Notes: generated by a model not told the origin, from the letters alone. Positions 46,624-59,385 are shown, counted from the whole stretch's first letter. The stretch is DNA of 63,434 nucleotides, filler included, from Choristocarpus tenellus KU-1152 (GCA_964200185.2; 9 parts of 9 records of this genome joined end to end with filler, not necessarily neighbours in it), one strand, 5' to 3'. Translations and numbers: made by a program.

Positions 46624-49600
46624 GAGCATTCTGTTCTGATTCCCTGTGGTCTTTCAAACATTATCATATCGGTTAATCCCAAATGAGGTGGGCAGACGCT
46701 TTGCGGTCTCCTCGTGTGCATAGGCACGCAATTAGCCACTGTGCTCGCTTCAGTCTCATGCAGTCTTTGTTGGTACAAGTATCCCTGTGTCAGTTCCATT
46801 CACCGTCCCCAGAGTACCCTACCACCTTGCTGCATTCATTTCTTGGTAGTAGTTGTACAATTGCTCATGTCAAAGTCATTGTCGGGGATACGGGGATATG
46901 GTAGGAACTGCTCTGTGCTGATGCAACTCTGTCCCTTCTGTGACATGCTCCAGTCTCCAAAGAATTGTGAAAGGAGGTAAGAGATATTGCAACCTCACAA
47001 TGTTCAACATTTCTCCTTGCAGGAGAACCTTCTTGAGCCGCTGAGGGAATCTGGTACTCTTAGCCTTTTGACTGTCAGTCCCAAACAAATATCAAAGCCC
47101 TCAGGGGGTTCTTTTCCTCTTGCAAACCAACTTTCATTCTGCAGGGCCTCCCCCTTCCCAAAGAAATCATCACAAAAAACTTCAATGACCAAGCTGTACC
47201 ACTCCTACGGGGGATAGCAGATCTCTGCGACTCTTGAGGAAGGCCTTCCGCAAGACCCTGCCAACTCCAGTCCGGGATCACAAGCACCACCAGTGCCGCA
47301 AAACGATCAGGTTGTCGAGGCTTGTGAGGGACAGGAAGAGGACAGGTAACGGATTGAAATTTGGTAGACAAGAGAAAGCGGTTGGTTTATCCAACCAATT
47401 GACACAAGGCTAGTTGTTGCGAATTGCTGAGCCTTAGAAAATATGTGTGGGTGTTGCATCAGTTCCAATACCTTTTCGGCTCCACACTTTGCCCCACTCC
47501 CCCCTCCCACAATAGCTTATTCGCCGCTGAGTGAGGCCATACTTCCTGGCTGCTATTCTTTACCAATCTTACTCCAAGCCTCGTTCTTACCTCCCCAAGC
47601 CATTTACTTCTCACCCCCTGGCTGAAAAGAAAATGGGCAAGATTGATCTCGATCATTCCCATCGTCTTGAAGGATACAACCCTGACCCCAATTCCACCAC
47701 AAGTTCTGTTTATTATTATTTTTTGTTCTTACTCTCTCCAGTCGATCTCAGTTTCCTAATCCATCACATTTTGTCCTAACTCCTCCAACCCCTCTAACCC
47801 TCACCCAACACTGACGTGGACCACCAACCATAAACACGTAGACACTCTTGCAGTCAGACACCTTGACAATATTGATGCAAAGTCAAAGAGTAAATTTCAC
47901 ATTGACCTTTCTCGTGATGATGCCAGGAACGTTAAGGATGATGAAGAGGATGTCGATGTCCTCTCAGTTGCTGGCAGCAAGGCTGAAGACGGTCAGGACC
48001 TCACCCTGGAGCGGCTGACAACTAATTTTAAAAGTGTAGGTCGCTTGGCCTCCACAGTAGCAGTTACACAACGAATGTGCAGCGTTTTGGGACATGTAAG
48101 AAAGGGTGTCAAAGTCTGAACTGTGTATTCGTTCAGCACATTTAACTCAGCCCTTATCCTAATCGACGAGGCCAACCTGCGTTGGGGAGTAGGGGGCTCC
48201 TTCAGTTACATCCAGATTTTTTGGGGGGTTTTCCTTCAAGTCGAGAAATCACTACCATGAAAGTCCCAGGTATAGAGCAATGGCTGTCAGCACTGTTTCT
48301 TACCATCCCAAGTCTTGGACGATGCAATACCCACTACATTTTTCAAAGGTTGGTAAAATGTTGAGAACCCTAATATTTATGGTAGATTAATTATAGCTCA
48401 AGGTAGTGTTGTCACATGGAATTGATGGAGGATTATCTCGAAGTGGGGTTGGTGAACCACCACCATGTCTGAGGAAACACCAAACTCATTGTCATGTCAT
48501 TCCTCCAATTTATCGCTCACCCCCAGGCTTCTGATAAGAAGGTTTTGCTTTCCTGTTCAGCTCGAGACACAGTTATTGTTCTCACTGACCGACGACTGGG
48601 TAAGTCAGAGGAGGAAACGCCTTCTCAGAAGTGGAATCACGCTGGAATGGACCTCGGCTACTCCCTAGAGGTAAACACCAACACTAGTCCGCTTCGTTTT
48701 TCACTCAGAAATGCAAATAGACCAAGATTATCTACCATGAACTTACCGAATGTGGGCTGTTCCCTCCCCCCCCCTGTAATACTTCAGGTACTGCGTAAAT
48801 TAAAGGAAGAAACCACTCGCTATAGGTTTGCAGTCCTTGATTGGCAGGTGGTAGCTGCCAAGTGCGTATTTCACGCCAAGCACTATCTGGAGCCTGCCCT
48901 GGAGGGCACTATCCAGGGGTGAGTGATTGTCTTGTTCCCAAAGTACAAGTTGATTGTTGCATTATCAGCTGTAGAACATTGAACCAGCGTCACCCCTGTT
49001 GTATCCTGACACAGGACTGTTAAGATATGATAACAGGTTCTTCAAGTGTAGTTCAACGTCCGACTTGTCACAGGTCTGCTGAAAACAATGTTTGTAGTAG
49101 TAACCACATAATGGCATATCTCAGGGAGAACAGCAGAGGGAATTTTTGCACACTAAATCCAGTATGCATGGACTGGTCGATTGGTGAACTCACTCTGACC
49201 ATCCTGAGACCAAATACTCTCGGGAGGGATTTCATTGCCATGAAGCTCTCGGAGGGGTGCAGAATCGCTCTGAACCGTAGCCTTGAATAACTTGAGAAGA
49301 ATAACTAGGACAATCTGATCATTATTTCCTAGTAGTAACCAGTAGTGAAATTTCCATGCAGAGACTCAGACTGGATAGGTAAGGCGTATGATAGTTTTTG
49401 ATTGGATATGGAAGAGCACTGGAGTTTGTCTGTGCTGCACTGAAGGAATGAAGATGATCGTGCTACCTGACGCTGGCCTTTATTGCACAAGGTTGTTTGG
49501 AAGTCTGTGTTGGACTCGTCCACACCCCAAGATGATGAAACGAAGAAGATGACCCACAACATATTTTCTACTCCATTGCGTACTTGAGAAGGGCAAAGGA

Positions 49601-51511
49601 GCACTACCTGGAACTCTTAGGACACAGAGGGCAAGGTGTGGCGAAGACTATGGAGGGAAGAGGAGGAGGTGGGATGGTGGGAGCCCGTAAAACACTTGTT
49701 GATGAGGTCACCATGACAACTCATTTCGGGTTCAGGTTGAGGTCCAGTTGCGCCATCAGCAAGGATGAGACTTTGGAGGTGAAAACGAGTGTTGTTTTAC
49801 CTCCCACAACGTCAGACCCCTGCAAGTAAACGAAGGAGGGGAAACACCCATATACATTTACCCCCTCACATTCATTTCCCTTGGTTCTAGGTGTCGATTT
49901 GCACTGCTTGGTCAGAATAACCCAGACCTCCCCCTCGTCTGTGCAATGCCCTGATCTCGTTTTGCAGGTAGTTGTGGACATCCTGGGGTCCATCCTGGTA
50001 AACCGGTAGAGCAGAGATGCGGTGCCTGATTGTGGGCCTTTACACCCACAAATCATTGTCCATTCTCCCAAGGAGGATGCAGGTGGATTAGCGATCTATT
50101 CATTGATTGAGAAAATAGACCGTCTCCCTGGTGGGGATGAGGAACTGGAGGACAAGCCATAGGGAATTGAGCCCATTCTGGCCTCGATCAGTACCATCTT
50201 CAATTGTCCCTTTGCTCTCTACCACTGCTCCACCTAATCTGTGCACTTGTGCACTATTGCCAAAAACGTTCTCAATCCTAACTCCAGCGTCCATATTTCG
50301 TGTGTTTTGTTTGCACAAGAATGCCATTTTCCTTGTCGACTGATACGCTCCCACATAATTCACTTGTGTCTTCCCTGTCTCTGTCCTTTTGGTGCTACTT
50401 AAGGAGATGTTGCGGGCAAGACCACCATCCGAGCGTACGCTATTGTTTATCACTCGTCCTTGTTGGACCAGGCCCTTCGAGATGGAGAGATCAAAGAATC
50501 AGTCATCAACGTTGCCCTGGAAAGCGTTCAAGGGATGGAAAAGAAGAAGTATCACCAGGAGGGCGAGGAAATCTTCCAGGGTGCTCAAGGTGAGCAGAAC
50601 AAATCCGACCTGGTACTACTCCTACCGTAATGGTGACGAAAGGCCAGACGTATCTCGTAGGGGGTAACAGCTGTCTATTCGGGGCCCATTTTTCCATGTC
50701 GCCATTATGGGTGATTTGGTTACTCGTGTCGGATGGATAATGTAAATGCACTTCTCCTGGTCAGGGCCCGAATGGACACCCTGGCGTAGACCCCTTACCC
50801 CCCCCAAGATAGTTTGAGCCTCAACCCAGTAATGGTTTGTACTGAGGGCTGTTGTGGAGTGTGACTGCAGTGGCTTGGATGGAATGATGAGTGCTGATTA
50901 GGTGGATATATCGCGGTGCTCCCTCTTTGATCTCCAGTGGTGCATTGCGCTCTTAGACCAGGGATACAAATGGGTCCCTGTCTGACGTAAGAGACGAAAT
51001 GGAAATAGGTGAGTCATTATCATTCTTTGTGCTAGTTGTACCTTACTAGGCACACATTCGCTTTTGTGGTTAAGAAAATTGTACAGAAGTGCCTTTCTGT
51101 CTTGGGTCCTCAGTACTGACCCCCTGTCGCTCTCATGCAATCTCTAGGGTTTCGCCATGTGCCTTCGAAGAATGTCAAGCCACCGGTCTTCCTGGTGCCG
51201 TCCAGTGTTCTCAGCCAAGCTAGTCAGGATATGATCAAGTCCGGGGAGACTGAGGGTGCGGATTATTTCCGTACAAACTTCTTGGAGGGCCTGGAAGAGG
51301 CTAAGGTAGGACTCTGGTTTGTAGATGTGCAGTCGCCACACTTGAACTCTGTACCCAATCTGCATGTGCACTAGTGGTTAGTTTGGTTTTGGTACACACG
51401 ATGAGGGGAGTGGCACACCATCTTTCCTTCCAGATCTTGAGTGCTGTGGCCCATAATGTCGTAGTGGGGGGGGTCTGGCGCCCATTCGGGGCCTTTATGA
51501 CCCTGAAGTGA
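46624..51511 (+). pseudogene. Multi-exon gene with a divergent PIH1-like domain and in-frame stops
   Basis: Phase-consistent exons 48527-48670, 48788-48918, 49592-49778, 49968-50082, 50404-50589 and 51148-51305 give HFGFRLRS...EVVVDILGS...IIVHSPKED.GDVAGK...AYAIVYHSSLLDQALRDGEIKESVINVALESVQ, the PIH1/kintoun layout. Stops at 46684 (TGA), 47215 (TAG) and 50007 (TAG). Confidence 0.5.
50642..50820 (-). mobile_element. MITE family B copy (intronic, diverged)
   Basis: Colinear with the 23041 and 54454 copies; ends agtttgagcc. Confidence 0.85.
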
Positions 51512-52539
51512 TTTTCACATCACATGAGTGAATGTATTTGGTTTGAGGTATACTTCCTTCACCTGGATGCACTTTCCTTTTCCATCCCCGTGCCGGGACC
51601 AAATCTGAAAGGAACTCGCCACAAAACGACCATCGTAATGATGTATTTTACAACTCGCCATGAAGGCTGGAATGGACGACCTGGCTAATCCCCCCCGCCC
51701 TCTCGTATGAATTTGGACCTGTATTTCACAATGTGACAACCGAGCCAACTGGGTGCACACTCCAAGTTCCGCCTTCACGGCCAGGGAAAATTTCTAGCAC
51801 GACTTTTTACTCAATTGTTTGTCATCCTCTCTTTCATTGTGTTCTGCAAAATTCACGAAGGCACTGTTGGAGGAACTGGCAGAGATGGTGACCCTAGCTT
51901 CGAAGGGGAGCATGAGAAGGAGGAATATGTTGGAATCATCCAAGATGAAGATCCTTGCAGCGATTCAACTCCTGCAGCGGTACGGGATCAGGCTCAGCCC
52001 TCAAGATTGTTTTCGTATGGCATGGATGTCCAAGGAGAAGTATGCACATTAGTCAAACATCCTGTTAATTCCAATGATGACTGTACAGTCCTGAGCGTTG
52101 CGTGTTTGAAGAGAGAATGCGGATGTGCTGCACCCTGTAGGTGTACACAATTTAGCGAAAGAGATTTTCTTGTGGGGGATAGTATTTATGCTCTGGATGG
52201 TTTGAACCACTGTCTACCTCTGTATGTGTTGAACACAGGTCGATAGAGATCCATTTTGGCACCACCACCACAGCATGAGAATAACAACCTGAGGATGAAA
52301 TTGCACTCACATACATTTCTATACTATCAAACAAATGACACTTTGCCCTCTCAAATTTCTGGTTGTTTTTTGCAGCGTTGACAGAGTGGATCCTTGTGTC
52401 ACAAGCTTCACCAAGCTCAGGAAACTCCTTCTGCTGATGCAGAAGCGAGAAGAGCAATTGGTGAGTCCTGCCAACTTTAGTTGCTAGAAGGAGATGACAT
52501 GTGCGGATTTGCCTAACAAGTCTGTAACCAATGAAGGAA

Positions 52540-52801
52540 GACCCAAATTATTCAAGAGGGTAGGGCCCCATCCGTTCGGGATCATAAATCCAATGTTGTG
52601 ATTTTGATGAAATTTTGGCTATCGTGTTTGTTAGCAAGTGTCAAGATCCTTGCTCCGAACACACCTTTCATAGATAGTCGTACACACTTTAGGTAACTGT
52701 GTTTACACAGAAAGTCGAAAAGGGGCATAAAAAGACGTGCGAAGTCAAGCCCCGAACGGACAAACAGGGCAAAACTCCTGCCCTCTTAAATGCTTTGACT
52801 C
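52540..52801 (-). mobile_element. MITE family A copy (diverged)
   Basis: Colinear with the other copies (aatccaatgttg...ttttggctatcgtgtttgttag...ggacaaacagggcaaaactc). Confidence 0.82.
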
Positions 52802-53587
52802 GAATTGAGAGTACAAAATATTCATTTGTCAAATATTCTAGGAACGCAGTAGTATCTTACCACGCACTTGTATCTTGAAGAGGCAATAATCTCATATGTT
52901 TTGCCCGGAGTCCATACACAAGACTGCGTTAATGGTCAGGGAGTAGCTCTTGTCCTACGCTTATGAGGGTGACATACCTTGTAACTGATAATTTCTGCCC
53001 GGAGTGTTGCTTGGAACCAGCTTTTAGTGGAAAGAATGACCCCCCCCTAACGTACACCTTGCCCTAGCAAATGTGCCATGCTACACGACTCAATGCAAAC
53101 GGTGCTGATCATGTGAGACCAAACTTGTATGTCTCCGATCAAACTGATGCTTCACGGAGAGAGGTTACTAGTACGGACAAAAACAAATGCCCCAGTTTGC
53201 CCCTACAACTTGTTTAGGGACAGACCTAACCAGCAGCATTCTTTTCCCTCACTATTATTATCATTATAATTATTTCATCCGAAGAGTATTTTTTTTCTAC
53301 GTGTGATATTCTCTTTGTTAGCGTAAAGTAAACGCCTACCTACCGTTTCAGATGTCCTACACCACACACACTCACACACAAGTCCGCAGACAGGCATCAC
53401 CGTGCAACAAATCAGCACACACACAATTTTTAGGTATATGTCTTAGCATAGAATATGTACATCAAGCTATTCATAGTGTATTACGCCTTCTTCCGGGTGA
53501 GGTGAATAGACATATGGATGCATCACAACGTGTGAGACTCTGGTATTTCTCAAACTAAACACCTCCCTCCTGTCCTCTTGTTATACT

Positions 53588-54034
53588 CTACCGCTTTTAC
53601 TGTAGGCCTATATGGCAAAGTGGGCGGGAGTATAGCGCCTGCAATAGCAGCCAAGGAAGAGCACAGTCCTTCCACAGGCTCCTTCGTGAGAGAATGCACC
53701 AATGGTTATTCACGCCCCACAGCATCTCCTGGTTCACCACTTCAGCACAAGTGTGGAATTCGGTTCATGTCGGGAGATTCGAGGTCCTTTTTTGTTTCTT
53801 CTCCAGCTCCTTACTGCCAGCACATTATTTGTATGACCTTGGATCCCCCAACATGAACCGGACTCCACACCTGTGCTGAAGTGGTGAACCAGGAAATGCT
53901 GTGGAGCTTGAACAACCATCGGTACATTCTTTCACTTGAGCAGCCTGTTGAAGGACTGTGCTCTTCCTTGACTGCTATAGCTGACGCTATTCTCTCGTCC
54001 AGTTTTCCATTTAGACCAATAGCAAACGAGGTGG
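53588..54034. repeat. Long imperfect inverted repeat (arms about 200 bp, loop about 46 bp)
   Basis: 53588-53787 is the reverse complement of 53834-54034 (for example caaggaagagcacagtccttc and cctggttcaccacttcagcaca). Confidence 0.92.
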
Positions 54035-54453
54035 AGGTTTTAGTCTTAGTTTGAATGGGACCGCAGTGTAGCACTCTGTAGAGGTCTAGTGGGAACATAC
54101 TTCACTGAGATGTAACCCTACGTTACAGAGTCACCTGTCTATTCTCATACCCAGACGAAGTGGGATTAGCACGGGTTGTTGTAGACACAGCATGGAGGAT
54201 TTTCCTAACATAGCTGAGGCATTTGGATAATTTGTTGTTCGGAGCATATGTGATCCTTGACTGAATCTATGCTCACCCACCCCTTAACAAATATTAGAGC
54301 TGTAAGCCCCAACGTGGGGTGGAGTTCTTACAAGCTATCATAGACCAGTTCCTCTGGTTGAATTATCTATAGGGTACACATATACCTACACATACGAAAT
54401 GAAGTCTGTAGTTCACTTGAATGAAAAGAAAACTAGAAATGGGTACCACACCG

Positions 54454-54611
54454 GGCTCAAAGTATCTGGGGGTGGTAGTGGCTGTCCATTCGGAACCCAT
54501 TTTTCCATGTCACGATTTTGGATGATTTGGTTGCATGCGTCGGATGGATAATGTAAGTGCACATTTCCTGGTCAGGGTCTGAATGGACACTCTGGTGTAG
54601 ACCCCCCCCCT
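54454..54611 (-). mobile_element. MITE family B copy cut at its poly-C run by the contig end
   Basis: ggctcaaagtatctggggg...aatggacactctggtgtagacccc. Confidence 0.85.
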
Positions 54612-54711
54612 NNNNNNNNNNNNNNNNNNNNNNNNNNNNNNNNNNNNNNNNNNNNTTAATTAATTAANNNNNNNNNNNNNNNNNNNNNNNNNNNNNNNNN
54701 NNNNNNNNNNN
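54612..54711. other. Artificial contig spacer
   Basis: N44-TTAATTAATTAA-N44. Confidence 0.99.
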
Positions 54712-54774
54712 CCCAGATACTTTGAGCCAGTACCAAGCAACAAGCGAGGTTGTGTGTATGCCTTTCTTCTAAAC

Positions 54775-57305
54775 CTGACAAGTACGATGAGCTCGACCTC
54801 CGTAGGTCCAAGAATGCCCAGCACTCCTCTGTAGTGTTTCACAGCCTCGTCTGTGTCCCCATACTGGTGGTGGAGTGTTGCAAGATTCAGAGATGCACCG
54901 ACGTGCTATAAAACGGATTAAGAAGTGTGACACAGTCAGTCGCAGGTAGTAAGTAACACTTTATGGGGAGAGAGTTCGTTTGGTGATGTTCAGATGATAA
55001 GAGAAGAACAATGAGAGAGGTGAATTGGGTTACACAAGGAACAGAGGAGTAAGGGGTTTAGTAGAGAATGTCACTACGGTGTCTGCAAGAGTCTAAAAAC
55101 ATATATGTGTACATTTACTGGGGTGTGGGTAGTGCTGGGAGTACCCTAACATTAGTTTGTTATCAACACCCCTGCGGAAAGGATGCCTTTGATTAGGTGT
55201 GCGGATTTGACTATGTTGTGTGCAAGATGTGTTCTTGCTGATCTATCTGTGTACTACACAACCATGGTGGTCGTTGTATAATAGATCTCAGATACATTGG
55301 CATCCTTCCAAATTTGTTTTTTTTATTGTAGGTTTACTAATGTACTATTCTGGAGTGCTTTGTAAGCATGCTAACCAACTAGACTCTTCTCCATTCTGCC
55401 CGGATAACTCCTGTACTGTGGTGCTGGCATATGCATTGAACATTTATGGTCTGTACATGTTTTAGGAAAGCTATGCATATTCTCGATACATGTGCTCCCT
55501 ATCAGAAATTGTGCGAAGTCTCTAACAAAGCAATCTATTCAATACCTACCCAAATTTACCATAGAATTTTTTAAGTGTGATGACTCTGCTGAACTCCTAC
55601 GCAGGCTTTTCTGATCCTAGAGCAGAACCTGATGAGTCAATATTATTCCTACTTGTCGATGGATACTTGTAGATTGATACTTGTAGGTGGATATAGTACA
55701 TGTGGTGCTCCTCGTGCTGTTAGAACAGTGCCCCTATATGAAGCACACAATGCATTCCATTGTTCAAGACTGACTATGACACAGCAAAAATTAAAATGTT
55801 TCAATCTATTCATTGAGGTCAGTGCATGAGTCCAATTTTACAGAGTGAAGATTGAGATGGTTTCGACATGTGAATCAAGGGAGAAGTGCAGTTTTTATTT
55901 CACCTTAAGCTCAGCTGCATGAATTCTCACACCAATCACATGTCAAGGAGTCCTGTTTCTATTTCTTCAAATTTGGAAACTACGCCAAAGGCTAACAAAT
56001 ATGTCATTCATGAATTTGACCTGACCACAACTCTATGGCTTAGTCCAGGGTGCAGGAGAACACTAGCAGACATGATTCTCTTCCTTGGAGCTCTATTCAA
56101 CTGCAGCACTTTGCTCACCCCTGACAGCTGACCTGTGGGTCTATATCAGCGACTGCTGAATATTGCACGGCAGCTTCCTTGACCATGCCCATGCCTTGTA
56201 AAACAACGCCCATATTGAAGAGGACCTCCACATCGAGTGGGTTGAGTTCCAGAGCTCGGGCGAAGATGGTGACTGCCTATGTGAAGTGAGTCCGTGGGTG
56301 TTTATGTGTGCGCATATATGTGCAGGGCATAGGTGGGGTAAAGTCCGAGCTTCGTGATTGGCGAAAATCTAGATCAATCGTGGAGGTACCAAGGAGGTTG
56401 CTCGGACATGTGATGTTGGTACCCTTCTTGGTTACATACGGTTTTGATTAGCCCTTGAATTACGTCCTTCTTGGCCCAGCCCCGCTTCTCCTCTTAAACC
56501 TTTTCTTAATCGCCACCAACTTGCCTCCTGACATAGTGAGGGGGGCACTCACCTCACTATTGAAGCCCCGGCTGCTTAGGTGTAACCCAAAGTTGTTGAG
56601 CGCCCATCGGTGCCCAGGGTCATGCTCGAGTGCACTGCGGTACAGGGCCTCCACGACCCTTGAAGCATCTTCCTCCATCGAAATCAAAGCTGATGGTCCA
56701 CGATACACCCCTAACCCCGGTAATATAAGACTAGCCTCCGACGCCATTTTTGCCCTTTCTACGATGGGTAGATCTGACAATGCCTTGGCGAGATTGTTTG
56801 TGGCATCAACATGTGTAGGGTCTGCAATAGGGGGGTGGTCGAGGTCAGGGCAAAGTCATGTTCTTGAGATGATGGATATTTCCGGTTCTGTAACGACTAA
56901 GAAATTTTTTCACCTATTTCCTTTCTGGAAGATATAATTTACCTTAGTCCCTTGAAAATATCGCTGATATCTTGACTCCAACGACATACCTGCTCGCAGG
57001 GCATTGGTGTAGAAGTTCGCGGCTTTCTTTGCCTCTCCTCTCTGCTGGGCAATAAGGCCAAGAAAGAAATGAACTGGAGCATAATCGGCATAGTCCCTTG
57101 CAATATTCTGCAATTCAATCTCTCCCTGTCTCTCATTGTTCCCCTGAAGGAGTTGCAGTGCCGCAGCCACTCGCTTTTCGATGTCCATGCTGGTTACCCG
57201 TTCAGTGGCAATGGGACTGTTGATACCTCCAACGACCAGTTGGATGACCATGAGGCCTACTGTGAGCATCCGCGGACATCTCTTAATGCGTCCCGACCCA
57301 GGCAT
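54775..57305 (-). CDS. TPR-repeat protein with a hydrophobic N-terminal leader, 3' part cut
   Basis: Exons 57305-56990, 56821-56553, 56276-56133 and 54905-54775 give tandem TPRs (VHFFLGLIAQQRGEAKKAANFYTNALRADP, ALNNFG, FARALELNPLDVEVLFNMGVVLQ, LNLATLHHQYGDTDEAVKHY). Confidence 0.85.
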
Positions 57306-57597
57306 TTCGGTACGAGTTGGTGTTCGATCCTCGAAAAATGTTGGGGATTGAAGATTTTCAAATTATTTGTTGAGGGATGGAACCGCCAAAATGCCTCCGG
57401 AAGGTGAGCCAGTATCAACTTAGACTAACACAAAACTCACCCAGTCTCTTGGTTGTTCATTAGGACGGCCAGGACCACGAATGAGGGGCATGGGCAAGAA
57501 TCAAGTCTGATCTCGAATGCAGAATCAATCGTTTGCTCTGTAGGATTGACACCATCGTGGAAAAAGAAAATCAGTTCTTTGCATATTGCTGCCAAAC

Positions 57598-58679
57598 ATG
57601 TGCGCTAAGGTCATCATGTCACTACAATGTAGACGGAAAGCCATGACCCTTCTAATAGTTTGCTTAGCCCTAGCCCTACCGGAACCTGTTAGGGGATTCG
57701 TAGGCGCTCGATCCGCCTTTATGGGAGCTACAGATTTGAAAGCAAAGCTCAGGTCCCTTTCGCCGTCTTCACTAGGTTCACCGATCCCAGGGAAGTGGTC
57801 TGACACTCGAAACCTGGGACGTGACCAGGCCAGAGGTATCAAGCAGTTGAAGGCAAGGGAAGAATGTAAAGAGGAGACTATATATGCACAGGATGTACTG
57901 GACAGGGCATGGCGGTCAGAGCGACGAGTTGGAGAGCAGCACGGGAACGAGGGTTTTGGCAACATGATCAGGAACGCCTTTGGTGGAAGGAGGGGAGGGA
58001 TGTTTGGCGAAGACAGGGGATATATGGAAGGAATCCTGGATAATGTTGTCAGGGTGAGCAAGTAGACTGGAGGGTATTATCTCTTTTTCTTAGTCCACGA
58101 ACATCCATCCAGGTTGGCTAAGTCAGTGTAGGAACCGTTTAACAATCTAGTGTTTGTACGCTGCACGAACCAACACCCGAATGGAGCGATGGATATGTGC
58201 TTTAGACCCAAACGTTCTTCATTCTTCTCTCGATATAGATAACACTGTTGCAAGCATGTAAAACGACGCGTCCCCTATTTACAAGGATCGTCTATGGGTA
58301 CCTTCGAGGTCGATGATATCCTAAGGAGTAAGTATGTTTCGGATCCTTTCCTAAAGTGGTGTTTGTGCGCTGCCACCTCTCCAATCGTGTCATGATTACC
58401 ATGCTATCAAGAGTAATGGTACAATGCGAATTGAAAACCGCTTGTAACCTACGCCCATCTCTCCTCTGCGCCCCCCCCCTTCGCCCCAATCCTCAATCCT
58501 CGGCACTCTCACCAATGTACCCATTGGTTGTATAGGTGTACTGTACACACAACCTCCCAAGCTGGTCCATGCCATGGCAGCGGCTACGCCAGGAACAGTC
58601 TACCAGCACTGGCTTCATCATTGACGGACGACGAATAATAACAAATGCCCACTCCGTTGAGTACTCCAGCATGATTCAG
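57598..58679 (+). CDS. Deg/HtrA serine protease (Deg2/9/10-like), plastid-type presequence, 3' part cut
   Basis: Exons 57598-58053 and 58536-58679 give [48 protein letters not shown] (catalytic His motif TNAH); signal peptide ending VRG-FV. The start could instead be 57616 or 57643. Confidence 0.92.
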
Positions 58680-58802
58680 GTTGAAGATTGTAATGGTCAA
58701 AATGGATGTTGGGGCAGGGGCTAGTTTTGACATTGCAGAGATCTGCTTTCTCTACTCCCCCACCCCCCCCCCCCCCCCCCCTCCCCCTCTCTTCCTTGTG
58801 TC

Positions 58803-58902
58803 NNNNNNNNNNNNNNNNNNNNNNNNNNNNNNNNNNNNNNNNNNNNTTAATTAATTAANNNNNNNNNNNNNNNNNNNNNNNNNNNNNNNNNNNNNNNNNN
58901 NN
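58803..58902. other. Artificial contig spacer
   Basis: N44-TTAATTAATTAA-N44. Confidence 0.99.
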
Positions 58903-59385
58903 TCTTTGTTTTCTGGTTTTGTTTGTGTGGGGTGGGGGGGGGGGGGGGGGGGGGGGGGGGAGCGGAAGCAGATTTAGTCATCTTGGTCAAATTTTTATTT
59001 TTTATTTTTACTTTAAAAAAAATGGGAAGGGCTTCTGTCGTCTGTCCTCTGCCGCCCCTCTTTGATATCACATCCCCTCCACCAATTCGTAAGGAGGTTA
59101 CCTTGCCCACTACTGTGTTTTTTTTTGTTCTCAAATAGATTAGAGATGCGTAGGCGACACCTTCATCGTACTCGTCAAACTAAATGTTCCAGAAGGCGTG
59201 TACGCCTGCTGCAAGCGTGCCCCGCAGATTGTCGCTTGTTTTTTTTTCTTGCCCCAAGAAAAATCGCATTTACAACAAAAAATGCTTGGATTTATTTATT
59301 TTTATCTCTGTAGTACTAACTACGAATCATTTCGGAATTGATCATTTTTCTTTTCTGCTGCTGCTACTTTTGGGGGGTTATCCAG

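Noticed and set aside
46876-47371. Minus-strand ORFs as a tyrosine recombinase remnant
   Set aside because: No convincing R-H-R-Y catalytic set; a plus-strand exon (47023-47345) explains the region better.
49721-50560. Minus-strand frames (FFDLSISKG...NYVGAYQST...GVRIENVF...GLGY) suggesting a novel nuclease or transposase
   Set aside because: They contain many stops, and the plus strand has phase-consistent exons with a coherent PIH1-like pattern, so these frames are antisense shadows.
54454-54728. One family B MITE spanning the spacer, as proof that the contigs are adjacent
   Set aside because: The flanks show no matching TSD, and assemblies commonly break in this element's poly-C run, so two different copies are equally likely.
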